From Octopus bimaculoides (taxonomy: Eukaryota), in NCBI RefSeq assembly GCF_001194135.2, contig NC_068988.1:95847201-95911200 (forward strand): 64,000 nt of DNA, read 5' to 3'. A program made the translations under genes and the position numbers. The notes beneath the pieces are model-generated. The model did not search any database. It saw only the letters and a list, made by a program, of their open reading frames with translations, and was not told the DNA's origin. Every line of letters begins with the position of its first letter. Position 1 is the stretch's first letter. This document shows, piece after piece, positions 1-13,619 of this stretch.

Positions 1-2235
1 CTTATTACGTTCGAAATAGAGAATTTAGACTATTATTGTTCATCTGTTGATGGTTGAAAGTCTTAAACATAGAATTTTGTTCGAATAGTTAATGCTAAAA
101 TGATACTAAAACATTCCGCATTAATTTTGTTCATTAAACAATCAACTGAAAGACTTTGGTTTGTATTTGGGAAATTTCTAGAAAGATTTCTAAAATGTGG
201 CAGATTCCTCAAACAATAATTCTCAAAGAAAACAACTTACTGATGGGATTTCTATGTTGCCGTGCTTCGATTATAATTTTGTGCCTTGCGAAGTATTGAG
301 GGATTGTTTCTTTGTTCATAAATTACGAAATAAGGGAACAGCAAAACAACTGACGTTTTATTCGTCAAGAAATAGACAACCTCCAGTGTCTTAAGTCTCT
401 CAACAACTAAATATTTTATTTCTTCATCAAACGCTCCATTCAGAATAAAGTAACAATATACTTTAAATTGCAAAATTTGTAACAGAATTAAGAATAGATA
501 ACTTATATGGGCCAGCATTTTCTCGTTAACAAAAAGAAGAAAGTTCGTACGAGGAATAACGATCAAACGAATCTTTAGTAAACAATAATGACCGTTCCAG
601 AGCTCTACACATGTATAACTAGCAGAAGATTAATGAACAACAAACTCAGACAAGATATATAAGGTCATCCCGATCTGCGACGTCATCAAAGGAGTAAGAT
701 AAGCTTCGAAACTTATCCATTAACACAATGAACATTCTCTAAACATTTAAAATAAACATCTGGAATAGATATTCCAACAAAAGGAGCTCAGTGACAAAGT
801 TTTGCTGATAAAAAATTTTTAAAAAAAGAAGCTGTTTTCTTTAAGAAAAATAATTGGAGTATAATTAGAAACGCTATTAGTTCGTCGATGTTCCATTAAA
901 AACTTCAATATGTAAAAAGTTCTGCACATCTAAATGGTATATACAAGCACACATTATAAGCACTAATATATATNNNNNNNNNNNNNNNNNNNNNNNNNNN
1001 NNNNNNNNNNNNNNNNNNNNNNNNNNNNNNNNNNNNNNNNNNNNNNNNNNNNNNNNNNNNNNNNNNNNNNNNNNNNNNNNNNNNNNNNNNNNNNNNNNNN
1101 NNNNNNNNNNNNNNNNNNNNNNNNNNNNNNNNNNNNNNNNNNNNNNNNNNNNNNNNNNNNNNNNNNNNNNNNNNNNNNNNNNNNNNNNNNNNNNNNNNNN
1201 NNNNNNNNNNNNNNNNNNNNNNNNNNNNNNNNNNNNNNNNNNNNNNNNNNNNNNNNNNNNNNNNNNNNNNNNNTATATATATATAATGGAACAAAAACGC
1301 AATAGAAGACAATAAAACATTTGGACAGATAGACGATACAAGGGCGGACAAGAGAAACACCAATTAGAAGGACAGGCAAAAAAAAGGACGAGTCATTCGT
1401 GGCCTTCTTTCGTCAGCCAAGGTGCCAGAAGTCCTTATAGTTTCGAGCAGTTCTATTTGTTCGGTGAATATGATTTTACCTCCAACAGTCATGCATTCAT
1501 AGAGGTATATTGACACATGATGATTTCATGGTGGATGAAGGTTTTCGATTGTCCGAACCGTTAGACAAACACCCTGTGTTATTCGTTCCCGCCCTTGGTG
1601 TATTCAGCTCAAATACACTCGTGACTATTAGCCATCATTATATTTTTACTACAATATCCAGATACCATTTCTCTTTAAACTCCGTGAGCCATTGGTATTT
1701 CATTTAACCCAAGTTGCACCGAATACTCTCGCATTTCCACATTTATTCTATCTTCTTTCTTTCCGCACAAGAATGATTTTTATTTTGTTTTTATTTCCTT
1801 TAATCGTCCTCTTATGCTTTTCATTTGCCATCGTATTTATTGTCTTTAGTTTTAAGTAGTGTTTTTCTTTGTATTTCTATGTTTTTCTTTTCTTCATTCT
1901 TTTCCCTACTCTAACTCTTCACACACGCGTGCAAGCGAACAGAATACTCTAACTGATAAGTCACTATAAATGGCCCTATAAATTGTTCTTTATGAAAACA
2001 TATTCGGTTTTATAGGACACAATTGGATTTTTCTTGAAAATTTATCTCTCGTTGTAAGAAATACAAAACGATTCTTTTCTACGTTTACAGCAACATTGTA
2101 TCTGATGTACTGCGACATAGATACTTGCTCAGTATAAAGAGGATGCTTCATAATCGAATTGTGCACATGACATAGAGCCACCTCGTGACATATAACCGAA
2201 ATGACATGTTGCCAACTCATGTATAATAAATAAGG

Positions 2236-2887
2236 TTATAGGATTAAGCGAAAAAGCAAACAACTTTATTTCAAAGTATCATTATTAAACATAATATTTT
2301 ATCTTTTATTCCTGAGATTTTTAATTCTGAAAATTATTTGAAAATTTGGTAAAAATTAGGATATAAACTATTCGTAGAAATTCTATTATGTCTGGGGAGA
2401 GTCATTCTCTTTTAGTGCCCTACAATTTAACACACTCACCGGTAAAATTTCCACTTATTACTTTTGTGAGTGTGTTAAATTATAAAGTACTAAAAGAGAA
2501 TGACTTTCCCCAGACACAACAGAATATGCTTCAACACACGAACTCACATAAAGAATNNNNNNNNNNTTATAGGATTAAGCGAAAAAGCAAACAACTTTAT
2601 TTCAAAGTATCATTATTAAACATAATATTTTATCTTTTATTCCTGAGATTTTTAATTCTGAAAATTATTTGAAAATTTGGTAAAAATTAGGATATAAACT
2701 ATTCGTAGAAATTCTATTATGTCTGGGGAGAGTCATTCTCTTTTAGTGCCCTACAATTTAACACACTCACCGGTAAAATTTCCACTTATTACTTTTGTGA
2801 GTGTGTTAAATTATAAAGTACTAAAAGAGAATGACTTTCCCCAGACACAACAGAATATGCTTCAACACACGAACTCACATAAAGAAT
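2236..2887. repeat. 321-bp direct duplication across a 10-N gap (probable assembly artefact)
   Basis: 2236-2556 and 2567-2887 read as identical and are separated only by the 10-N placeholder, as expected for unmerged overlapping contig ends. Confidence 0.85.
2389..2516. mobile_element. ~128-bp fold-back element (MITE-like); duplicated at 2720-2847
   Basis: Outer arms TGTCTGGGGAGAGTCATTCTCTTTTAGT / ACTAAAAGAGAATGACTTTCCCCAGACA (1 mismatch) and perfect 16-bp inner arms AATTTAACACACTCAC / GTGAGTGTGTTAAATT. TA on the left flank, CA on the right. Confidence 0.7.
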
Positions 2888-3377
2888 CTTGCAAACCAAA
2901 TCCAAAAACGAAATATTCGTAGAAAGGAACAAACCAACCAGGTAATGAACAGCTGTCTCAAGAGTTTCGAGTATGCATTGGATCTGAGCCAGACTTGAAC
3001 TTTCATGCAACCATTGATGAATACAAAGACTCCCTGGAAAAAATGCACGTCAATTCAATGCATCTAAATGGAATGGGATCACTGTCCTGATGAGTAGGGA
3101 TACCACTGGTAAAAGGGACAACATTCTAATGTAGAAAGACTAAACTATAGACACACAGATTCTCTAATATACACTGCAATATTCTCGCCTTTATGTCAAT
3201 AATTAAAAATGGATGTCACTTTGAAATACTAAAATCAAGTTAAGTTGTTTAGAATTATTTCCTGCGTGAACTTTTATGTCTACCATTTCATATTCCGAGA
3301 CAAATTCTTCAACGACTGACATCGAAGTCAAACTAAGAAGCAGCAAACTTGAGACGTTATACAACATGAGATAATAC

Positions 3378-3442
<65 letters not shown>

Positions 3443-5189
3443 AAGGAGTAGTAGAAGGAGTAGTAGAAGGAGTAAAGTGACAATTAATTACTAACACACT
3501 TCATTAATTACGAAAGCTAGCAGTCCCTATGTGTAACCTGCTTATCAGGTGTAATTAATTAATTAAATTGAGTAAAAATGTCCAAAGTCTGCGAGATATG
3601 AGAGCGTCATTATCNNNNNNNNNNNNNNNNNNNNNNNNNNNNNNNNNNNNNNNNNNNNNNNNNNNNNNNNNNNNNNNNNNNNNNNNNNNNNNNNNNNNNN
3701 NNNNNNNNNNNNNNNNNNNNNNNNNNNNNNNNNNNNNNNNNNNNNNNNNNNNNNNNNNNNNNNNNNNNNNNNNNNNNNNNNNNNNNNNNNNNNNNNNNNN
3801 NNNNNNNNNNNNNNNNNNNNNNNNNNNNNNNNNNNNNNNNNNNNNNNNNNNNNNNNNNNNNNNNNNNNNNNNNNNNNNNNNNNNNNNNNNNNNNNNNNNN
3901 NNNNNNNNNNNNNNNNNNNNNNNNNNNNNNNNNNNNNNNNNNNNNNNNNNNNNNNNNNNNNNNNNNNNNNNNNNNNNNNNNNNNNNNNNNNNNNNNNNNN
4001 NNNNNNNNNNNNNNNNNNNNNNNNNNNNNNNNNNNNNNNNNNNNNNNNNNNNNNNNNNNNNNNNNNNNNNNNNNNNNNNNNNNNNNNNNNNNNNNNNNNN
4101 NNNNNNNNNNNNNNNNNNNNNNNNNNNNNNNNNNNNNNNNNNNNNNNNNNNNNNNNNNNNNNNNNNNNNNNNNNNNNNNNNNNNNNNNNNNNNNNNNNNN
4201 NNNNNNNNNNNNNNNNNNNNNNNNNNNNNNNNNNNNNNNNNNNNNNNNNNNNNNNNNNNNNNNNNNNNNNNNNNNNNNNNNNNNNNNNNNNNNNNNNNNN
4301 NNNNNNNNNNNNNNNNNNNNNNNNNNNNNNNNNNNNNNNNNNNNNNNNNNNNNNNNNNNNNNNNNNNNNNNNNNNNNNNNNNNNNNNNNNNNNNNNNNNN
4401 NNNNNNNNNNNNNNNNNNNNNNNNNNNNNNNNNNNNNNNNNNNNNNNNNNNNNNNNNNNNNNNNNNNNNNNNNNNNNNNNNNNNNNNNNNNNNNNNNNNN
4501 NNNNNNNNNNNNNNNNNNNNNNNNNNNNNNNNNATGCATCACTTTCTCTCTCTCCCTCTCCCGCTTTTACTTTTACTCTCTATACTTTTATGTTGAGCGC
4601 GTGTGTAAGAATGGCGTTCCAGGTAGAATGGATGAAATATAAAAGTTGCTAGAAACAACAGCCAAATCGCCCTTAAATCACACAAAGTAAACGGAATTTA
4701 AAAAATCTAATTACTGCACTGGAAAGTTCAGATCGAGAAAATTCCATTGATGTAAAAAATTTTACGAATAAGTGGAAAATGTTGATTTCTATAAACATTC
4801 AAAAAGGCTTCACACAAACACACAATTTCAGATTTATATATTAAGATAAACTAATTCGGAGAGATATTAACTACGAAACATTGGCTGATTTCGTTTGACT
4901 TGAATCTCATTTTAGGGATGTAATATGCTTGGCCCTACTAGGCATTGGTCAAGATTCTTTGTCCAGTTATATCTCTTGTAGATATGGGATTTCTTCATAG
5001 TCATGTGATAGCTTGCACTGTTATTCCCAGAATAACATTTCCTGTTTATTCATTTTTATGAGTTTTCTTTGATGAACAACAATAAAAATTGTGAATATCG
5101 ACTTCGTTAACATATTTTATGATTCTTTGTCTAAAAGCAAACAAAAATATTTGTTTGAGATTCAGTTGTTTTAGTACAATTTTTCGCGC

Positions 5190-5228
<39 letters not shown>

Positions 5229-6019
5229 CTAATGTGAATGGGCGAGAATATTTGTTTGAGTATCAAATATTTAGCGGTTCCAGTTCTGTGTACTCATAGA
5301 TTCTTCTAGGCTTCCAAAGTTTCGAAAAACGAAGACAGAAAATGTTTGAAAAGTATTCAAACTTAAATCCAATTATTGTGGCTTCTGTTACTGGCAGAGA
5401 ACTGGTAAGAATTTTTCACACATACATGTATACACTTATAAACACACACCCACGTATATATATATGCATATGGTTTATATTCATAACGATATATACGTAC
5501 ATACACAGACATACGCTTTATATAAATTTATGTGCACACGTACACACACACATAGTCATAATTGTTTAAACATATATAAGTATATATGCATATATATGCG
5601 TACATTCTTATGTATGTATATCTATATATATATATATATATATATACATATATACATATATACATATATATATCTATAAAATACTATACATATACATAAC
5701 CACACGCGCGCGCGCGCGCAATGAGCGAGAATGGACAAATGCATTTAAGTACAACACGTTTCATAGGCAGTGCTGATGTTGTATTAGGAATGACATCAAA
5801 AATAACTTGAAAACATTTTTTATTATAATAATGATCTCCTTTCTGGTTTTGAGAAGCCTAATTTCTCAAGAGTGGTATTTAGGCCGTGTGTTACATATCC
5901 TAGGCCCCCAATAATTACAGGTAAGTATGCGTGCTTGAATGTATTTTTGTACGTGTGTATGTGTGTGTATGTATGTTTGTGCATATGCATGTATGTGTGT
6001 ATGTGTGTATATGTATAAC

Positions 6020-6305
6020 GTCATCACGTGATCCACCAGACAATCGCATACTGTTACACATTGTAGGTCATAATGCGCTTTGCATCACTTTAGCTTTCGA
6101 ATGACACCACCGCGCTGGTTAGGCGAAGAAGGCCAACTTTCTTCCCTCTGGATCGGATGTCTAGCCTGTTGCAGCGATGGCACCCATTTACAGGTGAGTG
6201 GACTGCAGCAACGTGAAATGTAATGTTTTACTCAAGTACACAATGTACCACTTCGTCCAGGGACTGAACTCATGATCTAGTAATCATTAGTTTAATAGAC
6301 TAACC
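6020..6305 (-). mobile_element. tRNA-derived CORE-type SINE, degenerate, reverse orientation
   Basis: GTGAGTGGACTGCAGCAACGTGAAATG..TTTACTCAAGTACACAA is the reverse complement of the CORE-like block at 37330-37385. CCAGGGACTGAACTCATGATC matches a reversed B-box head. Confidence 0.7.
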
Positions 6306-6624
6306 CCTATATGCCACGTGCCTTCATATATACACACACACGCGCACACACACGAGCATTATATATATATATATATATATATATNNNNNNNNNNNNNNNN
6401 NNNNNNNNNNNNNNNNNNNNNNNNNNNNNNNNNNNNNNNNNNNNNNNNNNNNNNNNNNNNNNNNNNNNNNNNNNNNNNNNNNNNNNNNNNNNNNNNNNNN
6501 NNNNNNNNNNNNNNNNNNNNNNNNNNNNNNNNNNNNNNNNNNNNNNNNNNNNNNNNNNNNNNNNNNNNNNNNNNNNNNNNNNNNNNNNNNNNNNNNNNNN
6601 NNNNNNNNNNNNNNNNNNNNNNNN

Positions 6625-6662
<38 letters not shown>

Positions 6663-7034
6663 TTATATATCTATAAGTACAACTGCACAGATGCCAGTTG
6701 TAGAAATTCCAATAGAATTGGTAGTACAACAAACACTGTGACAATGCGAAAAATTAACGAAATGGTATATTGTAAGTAGAAATAATTGATGCGATAAACA
6801 TATGTCCAATTTGAGTGAAGAAGTAAAATGCCTACAAGCCAATGATTATATGAAGGCAATGATGTGTGTAATGTTAATATTAGCAACAGAGCAGAATTTG
6901 AAATAAGAAGCAATAACAGAAGTAAAGTCTTTCCCACGAAACAATAACTAAATTAGAAAATATTCTTAGTTTGAGAGAGCTGACAGTAAAATGAAATAAG
7001 CAACACAATTAATATAACAATGATAATAATAATG

Positions 7035-7084
<50 letters not shown>

Positions 7085-7123
7085 GTCGTGTGCAGTCGCA
7101 GCAGTTCAGTGTGGTGCTGACAT

Positions 7124-7222
<99 letters not shown>

Positions 7223-7264
7223 TGTTTCTTTATTGGCTACACAGGGCTGAACAAAGCTTTTGTT

Positions 7265-7700
7265 TTTGGGAAGAAGAAGAGAAGAAAAAAAGTGGGTCGA
7301 ATTCCGATCAAAGGGATCCTGGAAAAAAAAGGTCCTGGAAAAAAAAGGTGGGATCGTGTATCACAGAAATGTTATAACGTAAAGTGTGAAGGGGAAAACA
7401 GATTAGGTTTATCGGTGGAAAGAAAAGCCTACGGAAAAGACCACGGAAACCTCGGGCAATAATGTCAGGCAAAAAAAAAAAAAACACATCACAATAAGTG
7501 ACTCTCTCTTTACCTTCATTTTTCTGTTCCATAGGGTAATGCTCAAGCTGGCTCCGTCATTCACACGTGCCATCCTTGCTACATTCACCCATCTTTTCTT
7601 GAAGCATTCAGTAGACAGAACTCTCCTCTCTACTCTTACCTTCCTCTTCAACTGATACTTGAAGAAGTTGATGAGAGATTCACCAGCGAGGAAAATGCTA
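7265..7700 (-). mobile_element. L1/Tx1-type LINE 3' fragment (ORF2 C-terminus plus T-rich 3' UTR)
   Basis: Minus strand reads FLAGESLINFFKYQLKRKVRVERRVLSTECFKKRWVNVARMARVND, followed by oligo-T-rich sequence. A homologous copy lies at 7905-8203. Clade assignment is from recognition. Confidence 0.6.
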
Positions 7701-7904
7701 TTGTCATTGTTATTATTATTATTGGCCACAAGGGCCCAAGACATGGAGAACAATATCGAAGGAAGAGTTACAGTACACAAAAATAAAACAAAAATACAAA
7801 AACAGTTGGGGTTTATATCGATTAATGTGAGATACTACTACATGAAAGGATATAACAGAGGATATAAAAAAATTAGAGAATTAAATAATAAATAAATAGA
7901 TAAA

Positions 7905-8203
7905 TAGATAGAATCTCCAACAGTGGGGGCAGTCCATTTAGGGTAATCCAGAGTAAACCCCACGCAAACATCCCGGATTACTCTGCCATCTGCAAGGCAT
8001 GGCAAAGCGCCCTCTTCCAGTTTTTTTCCTTCTGCCACTGTCGACCACCTTTTGATAAACACACACTAGACGGCAGCACCTCCCGCTCTACCCTCAACTT
8101 CCAACTTCAAATAATATTTGAAGAAATTGATGCGGGCTTGGCCAGATAGGAAAGTGCCTGTCTTCAAACTTTTCAGACCTGTCTACCGCACAACCTCTTT
8201 TGC
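7905..8203 (-). mobile_element. Second L1/Tx1-type LINE 3' fragment, frameshifted
   Basis: Minus strand reads AKEVVR*TGLKSLKTGTFLSGQARINFFKYYLK / RVEREVLPSS / VFIKRWSTVA, homologous to the 7265-7700 fragment. Confidence 0.6.
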
Positions 8204-10480
8204 GTGTAATAATGATATTTTCTATGTCATCCATAAGGGGTCGGAGAGGTGCGAAAATAAAAAAAAACTTTCAAAAGAGGTTACAAAAGAAAGTGGAGCG
8301 TTAAAATCAACTTTACAAATGCGAAGTGCAGGAGTGATAGTCTCTTCGCAATATACGAATGAACGTATTAAGATTAAAAGTACATACATTTGCACGGAAA
8401 TATATTAAAATGGACAATGAAACAGTCAATAAAACAAGATATAATTAAAAGGAATAAAACATGAAAAGCTACTGGCTAGAATGGGTTTTAGTACTCTATG
8501 ATCCCACTCGTTAACCATTTCTATTTCTCAAATTAGTGCGAGTGCAACCAAATGCATCGGTAAGCATTTTTTATGACGTTTGCTATTGAAAACTTCTTCG
8601 CGGTATTCTTTTTTAAGTCCGTTGTAATGTTTTAGTTTTATTACTAATAATCTTTTCCTGTTGTTTATACTCTGAACCTGTTTTTGTGTCATACTAAATT
8701 CTTCGATGGCACCACAGATGCATAATTTTGTCTATTGTTTCATTTCGAAGGAAGATAAACTTGTACCGTCTTCCTTTTCTTCATTATTTTCATGAGGTAT
8801 GTCATAGTTATTTTGAAGAAATTCTTCCTTCGCCCCCAATTTTATTGTTTTATTAGAAGTTTTTATGTTTTGCATTTTTTCTTTTTTTTTTTCATTCAAT
8901 TTCTTCTCCGACCGTTTGCAGGTTTTCATTTGCAACTATTATTTCGGTCTCCCCACAAGATGCAGTGCGTAACTACTGGTTAGAAGTGTGAGGGGCGAAG
9001 GCGCTTGTCCATTTGTGTTCTGGAAACTGGGTTTTGTTGTCTCTTTTCTTGTTTCTATTGATCTTCATTATATTCCTCTCTTATTTTTTTATGCTGAGTT
9101 TTTCCAGTCCTTTTGGAGAAATCAGATCTGCGGTAATTCTTACTGGGTAATGTAGAAACTAGGTTTTTAGCCCTGTATCATTAATCTCATACCTTCTGTC
9201 TCGGCGCATTCTACTGGGCAAAATTCTAGTATGGCTTTGTGGCTGATGGAAGTCATTAGGACTTGCAAACCCATCCTGACGACCCCTGGTTGCATGTTGT
9301 TTCTCGTTAGCGCTACGTTAATTTCTCGAAATACTCTGATTCAAAAGTGTCTTCAATCGTTATTTTCGTATTTTTTTCCCAATGTACAGGAGTACAAGGA
9401 TAGAGACAAGGGTTTCTCTGAGATACAAAGGTATAGGCGGCGGTATGTCTGACAATTTCATTCTGTGTTTAGCTAAGTCTTCAGTTTGAAAAATACAGCA
9501 TATAGGGTCATAATAATTCTGCTAATATGTCTTGAAGTGCTTTTTATACTTCTTGTCGTGAAGGTATTTTTGGTGCACTCCCCTTCTTTTAAAAACTGAT
9601 NNNNNNNNNNNNNNNNNNNNNNNNNNNNNNNNNNNNNNNNNNNNNNNNNNNNNNNNNNNNNNNNNNNNNNNNNNNNNNNNNNNNNNNNNNNNNNNNNNNN
9701 NNNNNNNNNNNNNNNNNNNNNNNNNNNNNNNNNNNNNNNNNNNNNNNNNNNNNNNNNNNNNNNNNNNNNNNNNNNNNNNNNNNNNNNNNNNNNNNNNNNN
9801 NNNNNNNNNNNNNNNNNNNNNNNNNNNNNNNNNNNNNNNNNNNNNNNNNNNNNNNNNNNNNNNNNNNNNNNNNNNNNNNNNNNNNNNNNNNNNNNNNNNN
9901 NNNNNNNNNNNNNNNNNNNNNNNNNNNNNNNNNNNNNNNNNNNNNNNNNNNNNNNNNNNNNNNNNNNNNNNNNNNNNNNNNNNNNNNNNNNNNNNNNNNN
10001 NNNNNNNNNNNNNNNNNNNNNNNNNNNNNNNNNNNNNNNNNNNNNNNNNNNNNNNNNNNNNNNNNNNNNNNNNNNNNNNNNNNNNNNNNNNNNNNNNNNN
10101 NNNNNNNNNNNNNNNNNNNNNNNNNNNNNNNNNNNNNNNNNNNNNNNNNNNNNNNNNNNNNNNNNNNNNNNNNNNNNNNNNNNNNNNNNNNNNNNNNNNN
10201 NNNNNNNNNNNNNNNNNNNNNNNNNNNNNNNNNNNNNNNNNNNNNNNNNNNNNNNNNNNNNNNNNNNNNNNNNNNNNNNNNNNNNNNNNNNNNNNNNNNN
10301 NNNNNNNNNNNNNNNNNNNNNNNNNNNNNNNNNTCTGTAATATTAACACATGTGTGTGTAACACATAGTTACTACATGTGCATGTTTTCTTCTAATACTT
10401 TCTAATGCTTTGGAATAGACACACTGGAATGTCTACCGGATGATGTATGTCGTCTTCTATCCTCTCTATTTTCGTATTTG

Positions 10481-10523
<43 letters not shown>

Positions 10524-11211
10524 AAATGATAAACTCAGCTGCAACACGTACGACTAACCCACACATTTAGAATCCTTGATATCATTCAGCTAAGATGTTA
10601 GCTCTACAGTTCTACAAATCATTCAAATTTCTATTTAATTGCATCAGAGATATGTCAACGATTTTATATTGCAAGGGCATTGCTTATAATGGCTTTCTTT
10701 AACTGTGTTAAACCGTTAAAGCGTTTCTCTTGTAAAGTTGATAATAATTTTTCAATTTTTCAAATTCTTCCCAGTTTTTCACATTTGTCTTGACATCACT
10801 TCTCCAGAAACGATCAAAGCAAAACAAAATAACATACAAATACACGTGCATCGCACATACATACCCCCCCCCCCACACACACACACAGAAAAAGCAAGTG
10901 TGTGTGTGTGTGTGTTTGTGTGTGTGTGTGAATCTATACATAGGCTACATTTATTGCGCATACATATATGCGTAGAGGCGAGCATTCACATACATATACA
11001 TGCATACATAGTTATAGAGATAGAGAGATAGAGATATATATAGACAGAGATAGACAGACAGACAGACACATAGATAGACAGACAGACAGACAGACAAATA
11101 GATAGATAGATAGGTAGGTAGGTAGATAGGTAGGTAGATAGGTAGGTAGATAGGTAGGTAGGTAGATAGGTAGGTAGGTAGATAGATAGATAGATAGATA
11201 GATAGATATAC

Positions 11212-11259
<48 letters not shown>

Positions 11260-12737
11260 GGATATATAGTATATCTTCTATGCATGAATCCAAGTACAAC
11301 TGTTACTATCAAATTCAGAACACCACGTAGATTAGTATTAGTAGTATGACTGATTATGATATATAGAGCAAACGGAGATTACGATCAACACAAGTTTGCG
11401 TATATGTATATTTATATGTATATATATTGTGTATGTTCATATACATGCATATGTGTGTGCGTGCGTGAGTGTGTGTGTATGCATGTGTTTCTATGCATGT
11501 GAGTGTGTGTGTGTCTGTGTGTGTGATTGATTTTGTATGTGTGTAATTAAAGCAGAAGGCAGAAAAGTATAAATTTCACAGATTGATCATAATTTGATTT
11601 ACTATCATCTGCTGTTTTATTAGAAAATAAACACCATCAATTCCATAATTATTTAATATAAATTAATTGAAAACAATGATTATCCCAAATTATCAGGAGT
11701 GTTACGGACCATGGCAGCCACAGACCGTTGATGCTTCAATTATAAACGAGACTGAAAGAATCTCTCTCCCTCTTCCCTCTGAATGTTAAAGAAAAATCTT
11801 CACATCAACTTGCGTTCTACTCAACTCTTAAAAGTAACGAACAAATTTCCATACATGCCAACTAATACTAAATTCTTGATTGGGAACTTCAAGCGCGAAT
11901 ATCCTTCCTCCATCTTAAGCTGATGACCCACGGCAATTACAAGGTCAAGAGTTACCTTATTGTATTGTCAACCTAGCAAACACATACAATCGAACATCTG
12001 AAAGAAAGCAAGGTTTACATTTAGAACCTGGTCTGTCTCATATGAACTAACATAAGATTCCACACACTCCCAACATAAAGTTGTAGTGAGCAGTTGTGCT
12101 TTTGTACCACACACACACACACAGACACACACACATATCTATTAAAGTAGGCAGCCATGTATGACAGCAATGTAATATGAAATACAAAACTTAGGAAACT
12201 TATAAATGTCAAAATACGTAAATGTTTCCCGTTAATGATGGGAAGAAGCTGCCTACAGCAAGCTGGAATTGAAACAACAACATCTCGTTTTTATTCCATT
12301 TTTTCACAAGTAAAATTTTGAGTTGTGTTCTCGAAATATCTATTGTTAGAAACCATTCTCTTTGTTATAACAAATGGCGCCATGAAGGAGGAAAAAATAA
12401 TAATGATGAGTACAGTAAAAACTCCTTTTTTTAAAAGGTTAGAGAGAAGGAGTTTATTCGGAGAATATTAGAGCGCTAGTTAATTAAGTTCCTGATACAC
12501 ACACACACACACACACATACGCGCACACACACACGCACACACGCACACACACACACGCACGCACAAATGCACACACACCACACACAGACACACCCATATA
12601 TATACATGTGCATGTATATGTATGTATATATATACATAAATGTATGTGTGTGTGTGTGCGTGCGTGCGTCTTGAATATAAGCATTGTATCCATGAAGAGA
12701 AGTATATATGTATGTATGTGAGTAAATTTAAATATGT

Positions 12738-12975
12738 ATATATGTACGCGTGTGTGCGTGTGTGTGAGTGTGTATGCATGTGTATATGGATGTATGCACA
12801 TATGTACGTATATAGGGATCTAAACGACCGTAATTATTTACATTCGCATGTNNNNNNNNNNATATATGTACGCGCGTGTGTGTGTGTGTGAGTGTGTATG
12901 CATGTGTATATGGATGTATGCACACATGTACGTATATAGGGATCTAAACGACCGTAATTATTTACATTCGCATGT
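12738..12975. repeat. ~114-bp near-identical duplication across a 10-N gap (probably two haplotypes)
   Basis: 12738-12851 and 12862-12975 share GGGATCTAAACGACCGTAATTATTTACATTCGCATGT and differ only at a few microsatellite positions. Confidence 0.8.
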
Positions 12976-13023
12976 ATGTATACGTTAACATACACACACA
13001 TACATAAGTATACATATATATGC

Positions 13024-13091
<68 letters not shown>

Positions 13092-13519
13092 CAGAATAAA
13101 GTTATAACCTGGGAGACACAACTGGTATCAGGCCAGATTATGACATTTATATATTTAAACACTGACAAAATATGAGGATGGAGCTAAATGTTGTAGGAGT
13201 TTAGATCACAAGAGGTCAATAGAAGATCGGCTTAAACTGGTTAAAGTACATGCTAGTATCCCCTGGGGTCACAGTTATACGGAAAGTCCGAATTATTGAT
13301 ATTGGGAAAACCCGGTCATCGCAGGTAGAGTTCAAAACAGGATGAGAAGAAGGAAGACGAGCAAATAGTCTCTCAGATGCGTCGATGATGTGCTTCTTTG
13401 CAATCGTTGTTGTAGCAATCTATTCCATCATTGGAGGAAGACTGGAATAAAGTTTTAATAAGAAGTAAAGGTATACTCGCAATGGAAGGTGTTGCTCACA
13501 TATTTGTAAGATTGTTCGT

Positions 13520-13597
13520 TCGACTCCTGGACCAAGCGATGCGTTCTGTCCTTGAGCAAGACACTCCATTTCACTTTGCTTCAGTCCACTCTATTTT
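13520..13597 (+). mobile_element. CORE-type SINE fragment
   Basis: GTTCGACTCC (B-box) followed by TGTCCTTGAGCAAGACACT..TTTCACTTTGCTTCAGTCCACTC, matching 37310-37380. Confidence 0.7.
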
Positions 13598-13619
13598 CAA
13601 AATTTAATAGAATTTGCAG

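Noticed and set aside
1405-1566. Hammerhead-like boxes: GAAA..CTGACGA on minus (~1410-1450) and GATGAAGG..CCGAACCGTT on plus (1534-1562)
   Set aside because: Core positions are mutated and stems I and III do not pair; at most an old relic.
2236-2887. Apparent biological tandem duplication
   Set aside because: Identical copies split exactly by a 10-N placeholder indicate an assembly overlap; the same applies to 12738-12975.
3085-3125. CTGATGA with flanking TGTCC/GGGACA
   Set aside because: No GAAA box after a stem II, and no downstream D box for a C/D snoRNA.
10708-10815. Protein-like peptide SDVKTNVKNWEEFEKLKNYYQLYKRNALT (minus); similar short frames at 59237-59320, 60209-60345, 62490-62580 and 63251-63317
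   Set aside because: Short, no recognisable family, weak splice signals and no consistent exon chain; cannot be supported without expression data.
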